A DNA stretch of 64,000 nt, taken from positions 2,770-66,769 of the forward strand of contig CAZEEV010000002.1 in the NCBI GenBank assembly GCA_964511345.1, in the 5' to 3' direction. The translations under genes were made by a program, and so were the position numbers. Shown here piece by piece: positions 28,759 through 38,929 of the stretch; position 1 is the first letter of the stretch; the number at the start of each line of letters is the position of its first letter. The notes under the pieces were generated by a model that did no database searches, had not been told where the DNA came from, and saw only the letters and a list, made by a program, of their open reading frames with translations. Source of the DNA: an uncultured Pseudomonadales bacterium (GTDB lineage: Bacteria > Patescibacteriota > Microgenomatia > UBA1400 > PJMF01).

Positions 28759-29634
28759 ATGTCTCGCTCATTATTACCAAAAATTTCCATCGTAACTCCC
28801 TCATATAATCAGGGCAATTTTTTGGAATCAACTCTTAAATCTGTCTTAGAACAAGATTATTCTAATTTCGAATATGTAGTAATAGATGGCGGTTCCAAAG
28901 ACAATAGCTTAAAAATCATTAATAAGTATCAAAAAAAGTTAAAGCATTTTGAAAGTAAAAAGGATCGCGGACAGTCTCATGCCATAAATAAAGGCTTTAA
29001 AAAAACAGATGGTGAAATTATGGCCTGGATTAATAGTGACGACATGTTGAGACCAGGAACTTTAAGGCTTGTCGCAAGCATATTCGCAAATTTTCCAGAA
29101 ATAGAATGGCTAACTAGCCTACCCTCCACAATGAATGCAGATGGCATGCAGATTTATTTGGCCCAACCTCCACTTTACATCAGAAGCTTTATAAAAAAAG
29201 GTTGGTACACCAAAAAATTTATGGGATTTATCATGCAAGAAGGTACTTTTTGGCGTCGCTCCCTATGGGAAAAATCCGGAGGAAAACTAGCTGAAGTACC
29301 TTACTCTATGGATATGAAATTGTGGCAATCATTTGCACAATATAGCCAGCTATATTGTGTACAAGCCTGTCTCGCTTCATATCGCTTAAACCCGAATAGA
29401 AAAAATAATGACAATCACAAAAAGTATTACCATGAAATGAAAGCATTAGTTCCAGAGAAAATAAGCCTTATTGGTAAAATTATATGGAGACAAATTGCAA
29501 AACTTGCTAATCACAGTAAATTATTTCCTGCAATTTATTTCGATCAAAAAAGATTGACTTGGTGCTTTAGGAAAAATCTATTTAATGTAAAAACTTTCAA
29601 GTTGCTTAGCGACACTCTTCCAAGAAAGTTTTAG
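28759..29634 (+). CDS. GT2 family glycosyltransferase
   Basis: ISIVTPSYNQGNFLESTLKSVLEQDY, VVIDGGSKDNS, WINSDDML (DxD). Confidence 0.7.
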   Translation: MSRSLLPKISIVTPSYNQGNFLESTLKSVLEQDYSNFEYVVIDGGSKDNSLKIINKYQKKLKHFESKKDRGQSHAINKGFKKTDGEIMAWINSDDMLRPGTLRLVASIFANFPEIEWLTSLPSTMNADGMQIYLAQPPLYIRSFIKKGWYTKKFMGFIMQEGTFWRRSLWEKSGGKLAEVPYSMDMKLWQSFAQYSQLYCVQACLASYRLNPNRKNNDNHKKYYHEMKALVPEKISLIGKIIWRQIAKLANHSKLFPAIYFDQKRLTWCFRKNLFNVKTFKLLSDTLPRKF

Positions 29635-30720
29635 CCCTACTTTTCTTGCATTTTGACCTAATTTATCCATGACTTTTGGATTATCTAGCAAGTCGCTAAT
29701 TCCTTTAGCAAACAGACTTGGTTTTTCTGGTACTAAAACACCTATTTCTTCTTTTTCAAGGATTTTTTTAACTTCACCAGTTGGATTGGCGACAATTGGC
29801 CTCCCAGATGCTAAATAATCGCCTAATTTATTAGGGAACTTACCGAGATTAATTTCTTTTTTAGCGAACGGTAATAGCATGATGTCAGCGGCGGCCAGAT
29901 ACCACACAAGCATTTCTCTAGAAACAACCCCTTGGTTAATAACTTTCTTTTGTTTATAAAATAGTGGCAATTTTGGACCCAAAAGCATTAATGAAACATC
30001 TTTTCTGATTTTTTTAAGCTCATTAAAAGTTTTGAATAATAGCTCATCATCATAAGTGCCAACATATAAATAAACTAGAAATTTTTCTTTTATAGATAAA
30101 GATAGTCTTTTTCTGGCTTCAAGTTTTGAGAGCGGTTTAATAAAATCTATATTGGCACCGACAGGTAAAAAATATACGTTTTTTTTCGATTTTCTAATTA
30201 AAATTGCCTTTCTAATTAAATCGTCACTAATTGCGGTAACGGCAAATGGCAATTTAATAAAAAGTCGCTCAGTATAATGATCAATGTTAGACGTTAAAAA
30301 ACGAAATGGCCCATAGCGACGATCAGCTATGCCACCTTTACCCCATAAATCAGCCCAATCTAAAAACCATTTGGTTTTATTAGAAAATATATATTTAAAA
30401 AACGCCGGCCAGGTGGCAGCAGGACGATGATTAAAACTATGGATCACAGAGCATTTAGAAAATAAAATTGCTATTGTTCTAAAAAATATATCAAAAGGAT
30501 CGTAACCACCCTTTCTGAATCTATATGGAAAAAGACCAATAGACTCAATTACTTTTACTCCATTTTCATAACTTATTTTTGGAAAAAGAGTGCGCTGTTT
30601 AGCACTTGTCCAAAGCGTAACCTCATGTCCAAGTTTTACTAATCCTTCTGCAAGAGATAGCGACCTTAAATAGCTGCCACCTATTTCCTTAGCTTCATAA
30701 GTAGAAAAAATTATGTTCAT
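29578..30720 (-). CDS. GT4/GT1-fold glycosyltransferase
   Basis: N-terminal MNIIFSTYEAKEIGGSY, typical of the GT4 N-terminal domain; C-terminal nucleotide-sugar-binding region (ASGRPIVANPTGE). Confidence 0.55.
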   Translation of the reverse strand: MNIIFSTYEAKEIGGSYLRSLSLAEGLVKLGHEVTLWTSAKQRTLFPKISYENGVKVIESIGLFPYRFRKGGYDPFDIFFRTIAILFSKCSVIHSFNHRPAATWPAFFKYIFSNKTKWFLDWADLWGKGGIADRRYGPFRFLTSNIDHYTERLFIKLPFAVTAISDDLIRKAILIRKSKKNVYFLPVGANIDFIKPLSKLEARKRLSLSIKEKFLVYLYVGTYDDELLFKTFNELKKIRKDVSLMLLGPKLPLFYKQKKVINQGVVSREMLVWYLAAADIMLLPFAKKEINLGKFPNKLGDYLASGRPIVANPTGEVKKILEKEEIGVLVPEKPSLFAKGISDLLDNPKVMDKLGQNARKVGLKLSWKSVAKQLESFYIK

Positions 30721-31487
30721 TTAAACCTTTTCTGAATTATCTTACGCCACAAAACAAAAACCAAGTAATGAGGAATTGTAACTAAATAGCGTCGCCACAA
30801 GCGACTTGGCTCTGAAAACAAACGAAACAACCATTCTAAACTGAAACGTTGCATTAAAAATGGAGCTTGTTTTTTCTGACCAGTTAAAAAATCAAAGGCT
30901 GCGCCAACACAAAAAATTTTAATTCCCCTTGAATGTTTTTTTAAATAAGTTGCCAATTCTACTTGTTTCGGAGAACCAATTCCCAACCAAATAAAGCTTG
31001 CTTTACTTTTTAAGATTTTTTGGAGCATTTTTCTCTCTCCTTCTTGACTAATATCTTTTGGTAAAAAATTAAGTTCAGCATTAATCTTTGGGTAAGATTC
31101 ATTCAGGATTTTAGTTAATTTATCATAGGTTTCTGAATTGGGAGATAAAAAATAATGCTTTCGTTTAGGTTTGGTAACTAACTTTTGTTCTTTGTTTAAA
31201 ACTGCTTTTAGTAAATCAGGACCATATACCCTGTCTATCTTTTTTTTATATTTTAAACGAAAAAAATAAGTTAAAAACATGCTATCACAAGTACAATAAT
31301 CCACATTTTTATATGGATTTGTGATTGATTTTGAATTCCAACTCATGGCCAAATCATTAAGAGAACACGGCAAAATAATGAGAGATTCACTATTCGATTG
31401 CAATTCTTTAGATAGAAAATCAATCGCTCGTGAGAACAGAGCAATTAGAAAAACTTTTCCTTCTAAATAAACAAACATACTTTTCAA
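30717..31487 (-). CDS. WecB/TagA/CpsF-family glycosyltransferase (GT26)
   Basis: C-terminal QAPFLMQRFSLEWLFRLFSEPSRLWRRYLVTIPHYL matches the GT26 signature (eP.w..r..LEWlyRl..eP.Rl.rRY). Confidence 0.7.
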   Translation of the reverse strand: MKSMFVYLEGKVFLIALFSRAIDFLSKELQSNSESLIILPCSLNDLAMSWNSKSITNPYKNVDYCTCDSMFLTYFFRLKYKKKIDRVYGPDLLKAVLNKEQKLVTKPKRKHYFLSPNSETYDKLTKILNESYPKINAELNFLPKDISQEGERKMLQKILKSKASFIWLGIGSPKQVELATYLKKHSRGIKIFCVGAAFDFLTGQKKQAPFLMQRFSLEWLFRLFSEPSRLWRRYLVTIPHYLVFVLWRKIIQKRFK

Positions 31488-31569
31488 GTATCTGATATTT
31501 AACCACTGTGTGCTCTAAGTGTATAGCTTAATTTGAGCAATTCATTGTGCATTAAAAAAGACTATTTAA

Positions 31570-32424
31570 TTGCCATTATTAATGAGGTCATGTATCATGA
31601 TAACTACAAAAATAAAATCCAATATGGATACCGCTTTTATCTTGAAACTACTAAAACAAGATATAAAAACAGACTTTAAAACAGAAGTTTTAAAGTCAAT
31701 TATGCAATTCTTCAATTCTCACAATAATCTTGTTAAACTTAAATTTAAAAGTGACGATCTTAATCGTTTTTATAAAATAAAATATTCCAGCAAATATGAT
31801 TCAAAAGAAAACATGTTGGATTGTTTCTGTGTAAATGTTGAGCAAGCTATTAATATATATCATCTACTTTCTCAAACAATTTTATTGAATATTCCTGGAG
31901 ATGTGGTTGAACTTGGATGTTACGAAGGAATTACTTCTATTTTAATGCAGCAAACCTTAGAACAATTTGGTTCTACAAAGAAACTTCACGTGTATGATTC
32001 ATTTGAAGGATTGCCTAAAAAATCAAGGCAGGATGGTAAAAGCAATTTTTATGCTGGTGGTCTTAAAACACAAAAAGAAAATCTGATATTAAATTTTAAG
32101 AAACACAAAACGAAACTGCCAGCAATTCACGTTGGATGGTTCTCAGATGTATTACAAAAAGACTTGCCAAATAAAATAAGTTTTGCTCATCTCGATGGAG
32201 ATTTTTATTCTTCTATCTTAGACTCACTAACCTACGTCTACCCCAGATTATCTAAAAGAGCCGTAGTGGTAATAGATGATTACTGTGATCCAAAGATACT
32301 CAATGTAAATAATATTTTACCTGGAGTTAAGCGCGCCTGCGATGAATTTTTTAAAGATAAAGAAGAAAAAGTCAGCGTGCTTGTCGCAGATTGTGAATCG
32401 CACGGATATTTTAGAAAGCTTTGA
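31570..32424 (+). CDS. TylF/MycF-like (macrocin-O-methyltransferase family) class I SAM methyltransferase
   Basis: PGDVVELGCYEGITSIL and HLDGDFYSSILDSLTYVYPRLSKRAVVVIDDY match the TylF family blocks. Confidence 0.65.
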   Translation: MPLLMRSCIMITTKIKSNMDTAFILKLLKQDIKTDFKTEVLKSIMQFFNSHNNLVKLKFKSDDLNRFYKIKYSSKYDSKENMLDCFCVNVEQAINIYHLLSQTILLNIPGDVVELGCYEGITSILMQQTLEQFGSTKKLHVYDSFEGLPKKSRQDGKSNFYAGGLKTQKENLILNFKKHKTKLPAIHVGWFSDVLQKDLPNKISFAHLDGDFYSSILDSLTYVYPRLSKRAVVVIDDYCDPKILNVNNILPGVKRACDEFFKDKEEKVSVLVADCESHGYFRKL

Positions 32425-33490
32425 TGTTTGATGAGAGTTCATTTTCGATACTATCAACCATCCGATCCCAATTATAATATCGCATAGTATCTTTTCTGGC
32501 TTCTAAACCTAACTTTTTACCAAATTTTTTATTATTTTTTATAAACAATATTTTCTTAATAATATCGTTCACACTATTATCAGTTAGCAACCCATTTTTG
32601 TTATTTTTTATTATTTCCGATATTTGACCCAAATCTGAAGCGATGATTGGCAACCCCATTGACATAGAGTCAAACAATTTCATAGGCGAATTATAAAAAT
32701 GCGAAGTAAACTGTGGATTGTAGAGTATTAAAGACAAATCAGCTGATTTTAAATAGCTTGGTATAGCTGAATAAGGAACCGTTTTCAACCACATAATATT
32801 GTCTAGTATTGGAGCATCAATCCAATTATCACCTCCTATTACAATAAAAAGAATATCTGGATCAATATTTTTTATCTTTTTTGCAACCTTAGCAATAATA
32901 TCTAGGCCTTGCCACGAAATTTTTCCACCGCCTGCCCAAACAACTTTATATTTTGAACGCATTGCAGATAGTGCACTATCTGAAGTTTTTTGAGGATCAA
33001 ATAATTTTGTATCTGCGCCATTTGGGACGACAACGGTACGCTCCAGCAAAAGTTCCTTTTTTGCAAACGCTTCAACTTCATTCGAGACGCATATTCCAAC
33101 ATCTACAAAGCGTGATAGCTGTTTTCTATAAAAACAATCAGATTTATACTTTTTCATGTCATAACTAGGGATAATAGTTGACTCTTTGATTGGGGCGTTG
33201 ATCAACCAAATAACAGGTATTTTTTTACGCTTGAGCAATGGAAGCATGGTAAACTTCTCACTATAAAAATCGAAAACTCCATCAATGATAATAAAAAGAG
33301 CATCGATTTTCTGAACAAAAGAATAGCCATCCTTTTTCCCACTATAAGCGTGGATTGCTCCTGGAAATGGGCATCTATTAGAAGTAAAAATTTTGTGATG
33401 TTTTTGAAGTCTGGAAAAAATTTGCCAACTTTGTATTGACCAGCAGTTGTTTAAAGGCCAATCGTCGTTGTGAATAAAACCTACATTCAT
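32411..33490 (-). CDS. GT4 glycosyltransferase
   Basis: GT4 layout with C-terminal MSMGLPIIASDLGQISEII...NGLL. The ORF-track start at 33613 would overlap the divergent 33541 gene, so the ATG at 33490 (MNVGFIHNDDW) is preferred. Confidence 0.55.
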   Translation of the reverse strand: MNVGFIHNDDWPLNNCWSIQSWQIFSRLQKHHKIFTSNRCPFPGAIHAYSGKKDGYSFVQKIDALFIIIDGVFDFYSEKFTMLPLLKRKKIPVIWLINAPIKESTIIPSYDMKKYKSDCFYRKQLSRFVDVGICVSNEVEAFAKKELLLERTVVVPNGADTKLFDPQKTSDSALSAMRSKYKVVWAGGGKISWQGLDIIAKVAKKIKNIDPDILFIVIGGDNWIDAPILDNIMWLKTVPYSAIPSYLKSADLSLILYNPQFTSHFYNSPMKLFDSMSMGLPIIASDLGQISEIIKNNKNGLLTDNSVNDIIKKILFIKNNKKFGKKLGLEARKDTMRYYNWDRMVDSIENELSSNIKAF

Positions 33491-33540
33491 ATTGCTTTGC
33501 TTTCTATAAATTATACCATCTGTTATGATGTTGGAAATAA

Positions 33541-36120
33541 ATGAAGATGAAAATGAAACCTCGATATTTTTGGATGTTTTTATTGGTTTTAATAGCCATA
33601 TTTTGTTGCACATATTTACTCACTAAAAAAAGCCATAACCAAAATAAATGGCAATTTTTTATAAAGAACCAAGTTGGAGCTAAGTCCGCTTTAAATGTTG
33701 GCCGCAACTTGTCTTTTGATGAAAAGAGAGTTTACTTTTGTGATGGATTAGGACTTATTCATGCCTTAAATAAAAAAACAGGAGAAATAGATTGGCTCAG
33801 TCAATTAAGTGATCACACACCTTTTGAGATCACTCAGGATCAAGAAGCTCTTTTTGTCTCTAATTTTAACAGCCATATCTATAAAATAGACAAACAAAAT
33901 GGCTACATTTTATGGAGTTTTTCTATCCCTAATCAGTTCTGGCCAGATACAGAGGTTGTTTTTGATGATAATGATCAATATGTATTTTTCGCTGACCGCG
34001 GAGGATTTTTGTATGCTTTGGATAAAAAAACTGGCCAAGAAATGTGGAAAAGAGAACTTGGCACAATTGATAATACTAAAGCTTTTAAGGAAGGATCAAT
34101 TCACTTTGGATTTCTAAAACAGAATGATGAAAATATCATAGTTGACCACTTTCCAAACAAAAAAAGGTATTCAATAGATAAACAAACTGGAGATATATTG
34201 AAAGAAGAAATTATACAACCAGTGATTGAACTTGGAAAAGAAAAAACTAGCTTACAATTTTCACCTTACAATTTAACAATTCAAAAAAATGTTGCCAAAC
34301 AACCGCAACTGAACTTATTTGATCAACAAGAGAATTTGCTTTGGTCCTATCAGACAGAACAACAAACTAATATCAAAGAAATTTATCAAAATGAGGACAG
34401 GGTTTATTTTTTAGATATTAATAATCAGTTGCTTTCCTCAATTAAAATTGGTAATGAAGATCCAACAAAGCCACAATTTAAAAAAATTAATTTTAAGATT
34501 AAAGAAGATCCATACATTGCTTATGTCGTAAAGTCAGGTTGGCAACAAAAAATTAAAAATACCTGGCTCTTTTTAAGATACTTTAGCCAAAATATCCAAC
34601 AAGTTGCTCAATTTGAACTCAAGACTGAAGAAAAAGATTCATATCTAGAGCTCAGCTTAATCCACCAACAAAATTTTTATAAAAATGTCTTTACTGATGT
34701 TGAAATAGAAACCACCTTTATCAATCAGTACGATAAAGATGAAAAATTTAGGGTTAAAGGATTTTACTATGACTATAATTTGTGGAAAGTTAGAGCGAGA
34801 CTAACAAGAGGAGTATGGAAATGGGAAATCAAGATAAAAACACCATTCCTTACAAAGAAGCAAAGTGGTGTTGTTGAAATAAAAAATGATTCCGAAAAAA
34901 GTTTAAAAATAAAAGATAAAAATCTTGTAACTAATAACGATGAGCTATTCTTTCCTATCGGGATACAAGATGCAATCGTGGACAACAATGCAGATGGCAA
35001 TTGCCTCAACCAAATGAATGTTAAAGCCGTAACACTTCCAAGTGGTCAAACAGATCATAGTTATTTAAATTTTCCAGATTATTTAGATCTATACCAAAAA
35101 GAAGCTCCCATCAATCTCTTTCGCTATGGACCAGATAATTGGTCACCAAAAATTTGGGTTAATTTAGCAAGCACTAAAACCTTTACCATGAGTATTAACG
35201 GCAACTTTCAGGGCGATACTATTATTGATGAAGCTAAGAAAAGAAATATGAAATTAATGATGAGCGTATTTAGCTTCAGTCCTCCTTACTCTAGTAAGGA
35301 AGCCATTTCTAAAAAAAGCAACCGAAAGATAATTATTAAATATTTAGATTACGTAATAGCTCGCTATGCCAGTAATATAGATATTTGGGAATTATCTAAT
35401 GAGGCTTTCCCATCTATAGAATGGCAAAATTTCATCAGCGATTATCTGGCAAAAAATGATCCTTATAAACATCCGATTACTACTAATTTTGAAAATACAA
35501 AATTAAATAACTCAAATCTATTATCAATCCATATTTATGCTCATCCAAAGAATAACTTTGACTTACTGGATTATATTAATAAAAATTTTAAAAAACCCAT
35601 CACAGAAGATTGGCAAGGAGCGATGATGGTCAGTGAGCTCGGTTTTAGTGACTCTAATTTTTCCGCTGTTTCAGCAAATTTCATGAGAAAAATCATGTGG
35701 ATACTTGCCTTTAAACAAACAGGCATAGTTTACTGGAATTTTGGTGACGTTATTTTACAAAACAATAAAACTCCTAATATATATATTGGCTTAAAAGAGT
35801 ATCACTTAAATGAATTGCAAAAATTTTTGTCTGGTTTACAAATACCATCAACAAGCAAATTTGAAATTATTAGCAACAATAGGTTGGCTGTTTACCAACT
35901 TGAAAACAAAAATACTAAATTATTTTATTTAATAAATATGATAAATGAAATGACTATGAACTTTGATTTACCAATTTCAGTTGATGAAAACTCTCTGGTG
36001 CAAATGGTAGATCCAAAAAGCAATACCACCTTGAAAGAAATGTTTGTAAATCAAAAAACAAAGACAATACAGTTGCCGAGATTCTATGACGATTTGGCAA
36101 TCAAAATCATTAAGATTTAA
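33541..36120 (+). CDS. secreted/membrane-anchored PQQ-like beta-propeller fused to a GH5-like (clan GH-A) glycoside hydrolase domain
   Basis: N-terminal signal anchor; repeated motifs IHALNKKTGEIDW, IYKIDKQNGYILW and LYALDKKTGQEMW (PQQ/WD-like blades); C-terminal IWELSNEAF (acid/base NE) and MMVSELGF (nucleophile E) with HIYAHP. Confidence 0.55.
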   Translation: MKMKMKPRYFWMFLLVLIAIFCCTYLLTKKSHNQNKWQFFIKNQVGAKSALNVGRNLSFDEKRVYFCDGLGLIHALNKKTGEIDWLSQLSDHTPFEITQDQEALFVSNFNSHIYKIDKQNGYILWSFSIPNQFWPDTEVVFDDNDQYVFFADRGGFLYALDKKTGQEMWKRELGTIDNTKAFKEGSIHFGFLKQNDENIIVDHFPNKKRYSIDKQTGDILKEEIIQPVIELGKEKTSLQFSPYNLTIQKNVAKQPQLNLFDQQENLLWSYQTEQQTNIKEIYQNEDRVYFLDINNQLLSSIKIGNEDPTKPQFKKINFKIKEDPYIAYVVKSGWQQKIKNTWLFLRYFSQNIQQVAQFELKTEEKDSYLELSLIHQQNFYKNVFTDVEIETTFINQYDKDEKFRVKGFYYDYNLWKVRARLTRGVWKWEIKIKTPFLTKKQSGVVEIKNDSEKSLKIKDKNLVTNNDELFFPIGIQDAIVDNNADGNCLNQMNVKAVTLPSGQTDHSYLNFPDYLDLYQKEAPINLFRYGPDNWSPKIWVNLASTKTFTMSINGNFQGDTIIDEAKKRNMKLMMSVFSFSPPYSSKEAISKKSNRKIIIKYLDYVIARYASNIDIWELSNEAFPSIEWQNFISDYLAKNDPYKHPITTNFENTKLNNSNLLSIHIYAHPKNNFDLLDYINKNFKKPITEDWQGAMMVSELGFSDSNFSAVSANFMRKIMWILAFKQTGIVYWNFGDVILQNNKTPNIYIGLKEYHLNELQKFLSGLQIPSTSKFEIISNNRLAVYQLENKNTKLFYLINMINEMTMNFDLPISVDENSLVQMVDPKSNTTLKEMFVNQKTKTIQLPRFYDDLAIKIIKI

Positions 36121-36159
36121 TATTTATAGTAATTAAGCGGTTTAAAACAAAAAATAAAA

Positions 36160-37107
36160 ATGGATAGTAAATTTGATCTTACAGTTGGTATATGCACAAG
36201 AAATAGACAAGATAAATGTCTTAGTCTGTTGGAATCTCTAGAAAAAAACGAAAAGATTATTGGCAATATCGCTATTGTTGTAGTTGAAGATACATCGGAT
36301 AATCAACATTTTTCTCAACAATCCATACAAAAAATATTCAAAAGTAGTAATCAAGTAAAAATAATCTATAAAAACGTTAAATATCAAAATGTATCTAAAT
36401 CTAGAAACCTCATTTTAAAAACCGCTAATAGCAAATTTCTTATTTTTATAGATGATGACGTTTGTTTAGCAAAAAATTCAATCTTAGAAACAATTAATAT
36501 TCTAAAACAAAACGAAAAGAATGCTGTTGTTATTGGTTTATTAAAACCAAAAATAAAAAATTTAGTTTCGATTGCTGATTCAGTTTATTACAATCGAGAA
36601 AGATTCTTATTGAAAAGAAAAGAGCTTGAAATGGCTCCTTTTTCGTTTGTAGGAATTAATTTGTATTTAATTAAAAAGCATCAAATAAAATTTGATGAAA
36701 AATTTAATAAACCAGCTGGAGAGGATATCGACTTCTGCCTTCAAGTTATTAAAAGAAAATTAAAAATCCTTTTTGATTCGAATATTGTTAATTATCATTT
36801 TTTTGACACCGACTTATCAAGTTTACTCAGAAAAAAACAAGGATATGGGAAATATATCTTCCAATTATGCAAAAAGCATCCTCAATATATTCATCTTTCC
36901 TACTACGTTTCAACAAATAGGATATGGAAAATGCTCCCATTCTTAGGTATTTTTATTAGATCTTTGGAAACACTTTCTTACAGTAGGAAAATTAAAATGC
37001 CGTTAATATCTAGAGTGATTTTGTTTGTAACTGAATATGTAGTTAACAAAGCCACTTATGATTATTTTTCTGCCTCAACAAATAAACTCAAATTTTGTCG
37101 ATCATAA
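36160..37107 (+). CDS. GT2 family glycosyltransferase
   Basis: LTVGICTRNRQDKCLSLLESL; DxD FIDDDV; PAGEDIDFCL. Confidence 0.65.
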   Translation: MDSKFDLTVGICTRNRQDKCLSLLESLEKNEKIIGNIAIVVVEDTSDNQHFSQQSIQKIFKSSNQVKIIYKNVKYQNVSKSRNLILKTANSKFLIFIDDDVCLAKNSILETINILKQNEKNAVVIGLLKPKIKNLVSIADSVYYNRERFLLKRKELEMAPFSFVGINLYLIKKHQIKFDEKFNKPAGEDIDFCLQVIKRKLKILFDSNIVNYHFFDTDLSSLLRKKQGYGKYIFQLCKKHPQYIHLSYYVSTNRIWKMLPFLGIFIRSLETLSYSRKIKMPLISRVILFVTEYVVNKATYDYFSASTNKLKFCRS

Positions 37108-37730
37108 GAGTCAAGCTTTTTATCAAATTTTCTTTGTTTAATTTTTTTAAAACCATTCTTTAACAAAAGAGAATTTAATAAATCATAGGTATAAACAAAT
37201 TTATGATCTCCTCCTTGGTAGATTAGCCAATTGAGTAGTAATGACTTTTTGAGTCCCTTATCTTTTTGTTTAAATTCAACACCAAACCTAGATAAATCTT
37301 TACAATAAAGATCAATAATTTTTGATTCTTTTGGATTAAGTAGTGCTTTCATTAACTCTTCGTAATGTGGAACACTAAAAAGAAGTACTCCACCTTTTTT
37401 CAAAATTCTGTGGCTTTCTTTAAAGATATTTTCTAACTCCCAGGCTTCAAAGTGTTCGAAAACATGCTCTGAAAAAATTAAGCTAACAGAGTTACTTTTA
37501 TAAGGTAGAGTTCTTCTTAAATCCAAAACTCTATCTGTGGCTGGAGTCTTCTTTATATCTACGTTTGTAAAGTTATTAAGTCTAATATCTCCACAGCCAA
37601 AATGAATCTTATCAGGATTCTCTCCAAGTAATCTGATCATGTAAAAGTTAAATTTATGTTTAATCAAAATCAAGAACTCAGAATAAATTCGGAGTAAGTT
37701 TCTTTTTAAGAAAAAAAGTAAAAGTTTCAT
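37062..37730 (-). CDS. class I SAM-dependent methyltransferase (Methyltransf_11-like)
   Basis: FGCGDIRL (motif I variant) and FSEHVFEHFEAWELENIFKESHRILKKGGVLLFSVP (post-I/II/III blocks). Confidence 0.65.
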   Translation of the reverse strand: MKLLLFFLKRNLLRIYSEFLILIKHKFNFYMIRLLGENPDKIHFGCGDIRLNNFTNVDIKKTPATDRVLDLRRTLPYKSNSVSLIFSEHVFEHFEAWELENIFKESHRILKKGGVLLFSVPHYEELMKALLNPKESKIIDLYCKDLSRFGVEFKQKDKGLKKSLLLNWLIYQGGDHKFVYTYDLLNSLLLKNGFKKIKQRKFDKKLDSYDRQNLSLFVEAEK

Positions 37731-37732
37731 AA

Positions 37733-38929
37733 TTAATTAAAATATAATTTACTAATAGCTTTGAGGCTAAATTTTTCTACTATTGTCTTCGTTGCTGACT
37801 TACCGATTTCATTTAAAACTTTATCATTATAATTAAAAATCAGTTTAAGTACTCTATTGAGATCATTTGAATCAGCTTCAATTAAAAAACCATTTTTACC
37901 ATCAGTAATAATTTCTCGTCCTCCACCATTTTTGCTTGCAATAGTGACAAAACCCATTGCCATAGCCTCTATCGTGGTGAAGCCAAAAGGCTCATATCTA
38001 GCTGGGAAAATAGCAATTCCTTTGATTTTTTTGAGTAAAACTATTAAATCTTCCAAATTTTGTATCTCTTCGTAGAAATGAATTCTTTTTATAACTTTTT
38101 GGTCAAAATTTTTTAAATTTAATAAACTATCAATCGTTACTAATTCATTGTTATCTGGAAAATCTTTCATTTTTTTTCCAATGATATGCAATTTTAAATT
38201 TGGATCTTTTACCGCCAAGTCTATAAAAGAATCGAGCAAAACATCAACTCCTTTTCTGTATTCTACTCTTCCAAAATATACTAAGTTGTTTTTGTTTATT
38301 TTTTCTTTATTAAGATAAAGAGTGTGGTCGATAAAGTTATGAATAACTTTTGATTTATTTCTCAGATAGCTATGTTTTAACAGATGCTTGCGCTTAACGT
38401 TATAACTGCAATAAATTATTTCATCAGCAACATATCTGAGGTAATAATTTTCTATTGCTATCGCCAATTTCAAATCAAAATTTTCTGGCTGATTGAAATT
38501 AGTTATTTTTACAGAACCCTGAAAAGGACTAACTATTTTAGTTCTAGGATAAAAAGCATGAATTAAGATAGCTGAAGAGTGATAGGAAGGAGAAAATATT
38601 AAATCAAAGTTTACTTTTCTTGCTAATTTTCTAAAAACAAAAAAAGATAATAAATTAAAATCCAAAATTAAAACTGATCTTGGAAAAAATCTTTTAAAAA
38701 AATTTATCAAAAGATAATAAAAATGATTAATAATTCTATTAAAAGGAGCTCGCCTTAGATAATGAATTTTATAATTGTTTTTTTGCTTTAACTTTTTACT
38801 ACCATAAGTAATAACGTGAACATTATGACCATTTGCAACTAATAAATTGGTTAGATTTTCATTAAATCTAGCAACACCTCCCCAATTTGTCTGTGGCGGA
38901 AATTCTGGAGATACGATTGCAATGTTCAT
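37733..38929 (-). CDS. GT4 glycosyltransferase
   Basis: Classic GT4 C-terminal block YEPFGFTTIEAMAMGFVTIASKNGG...NGFL. Confidence 0.75.
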   Translation of the reverse strand: MNIAIVSPEFPPQTNWGGVARFNENLTNLLVANGHNVHVITYGSKKLKQKNNYKIHYLRRAPFNRIINHFYYLLINFFKRFFPRSVLILDFNLLSFFVFRKLARKVNFDLIFSPSYHSSAILIHAFYPRTKIVSPFQGSVKITNFNQPENFDLKLAIAIENYYLRYVADEIIYCSYNVKRKHLLKHSYLRNKSKVIHNFIDHTLYLNKEKINKNNLVYFGRVEYRKGVDVLLDSFIDLAVKDPNLKLHIIGKKMKDFPDNNELVTIDSLLNLKNFDQKVIKRIHFYEEIQNLEDLIVLLKKIKGIAIFPARYEPFGFTTIEAMAMGFVTIASKNGGGREIITDGKNGFLIEADSNDLNRVLKLIFNYNDKVLNEIGKSATKTIVEKFSLKAISKLYFN

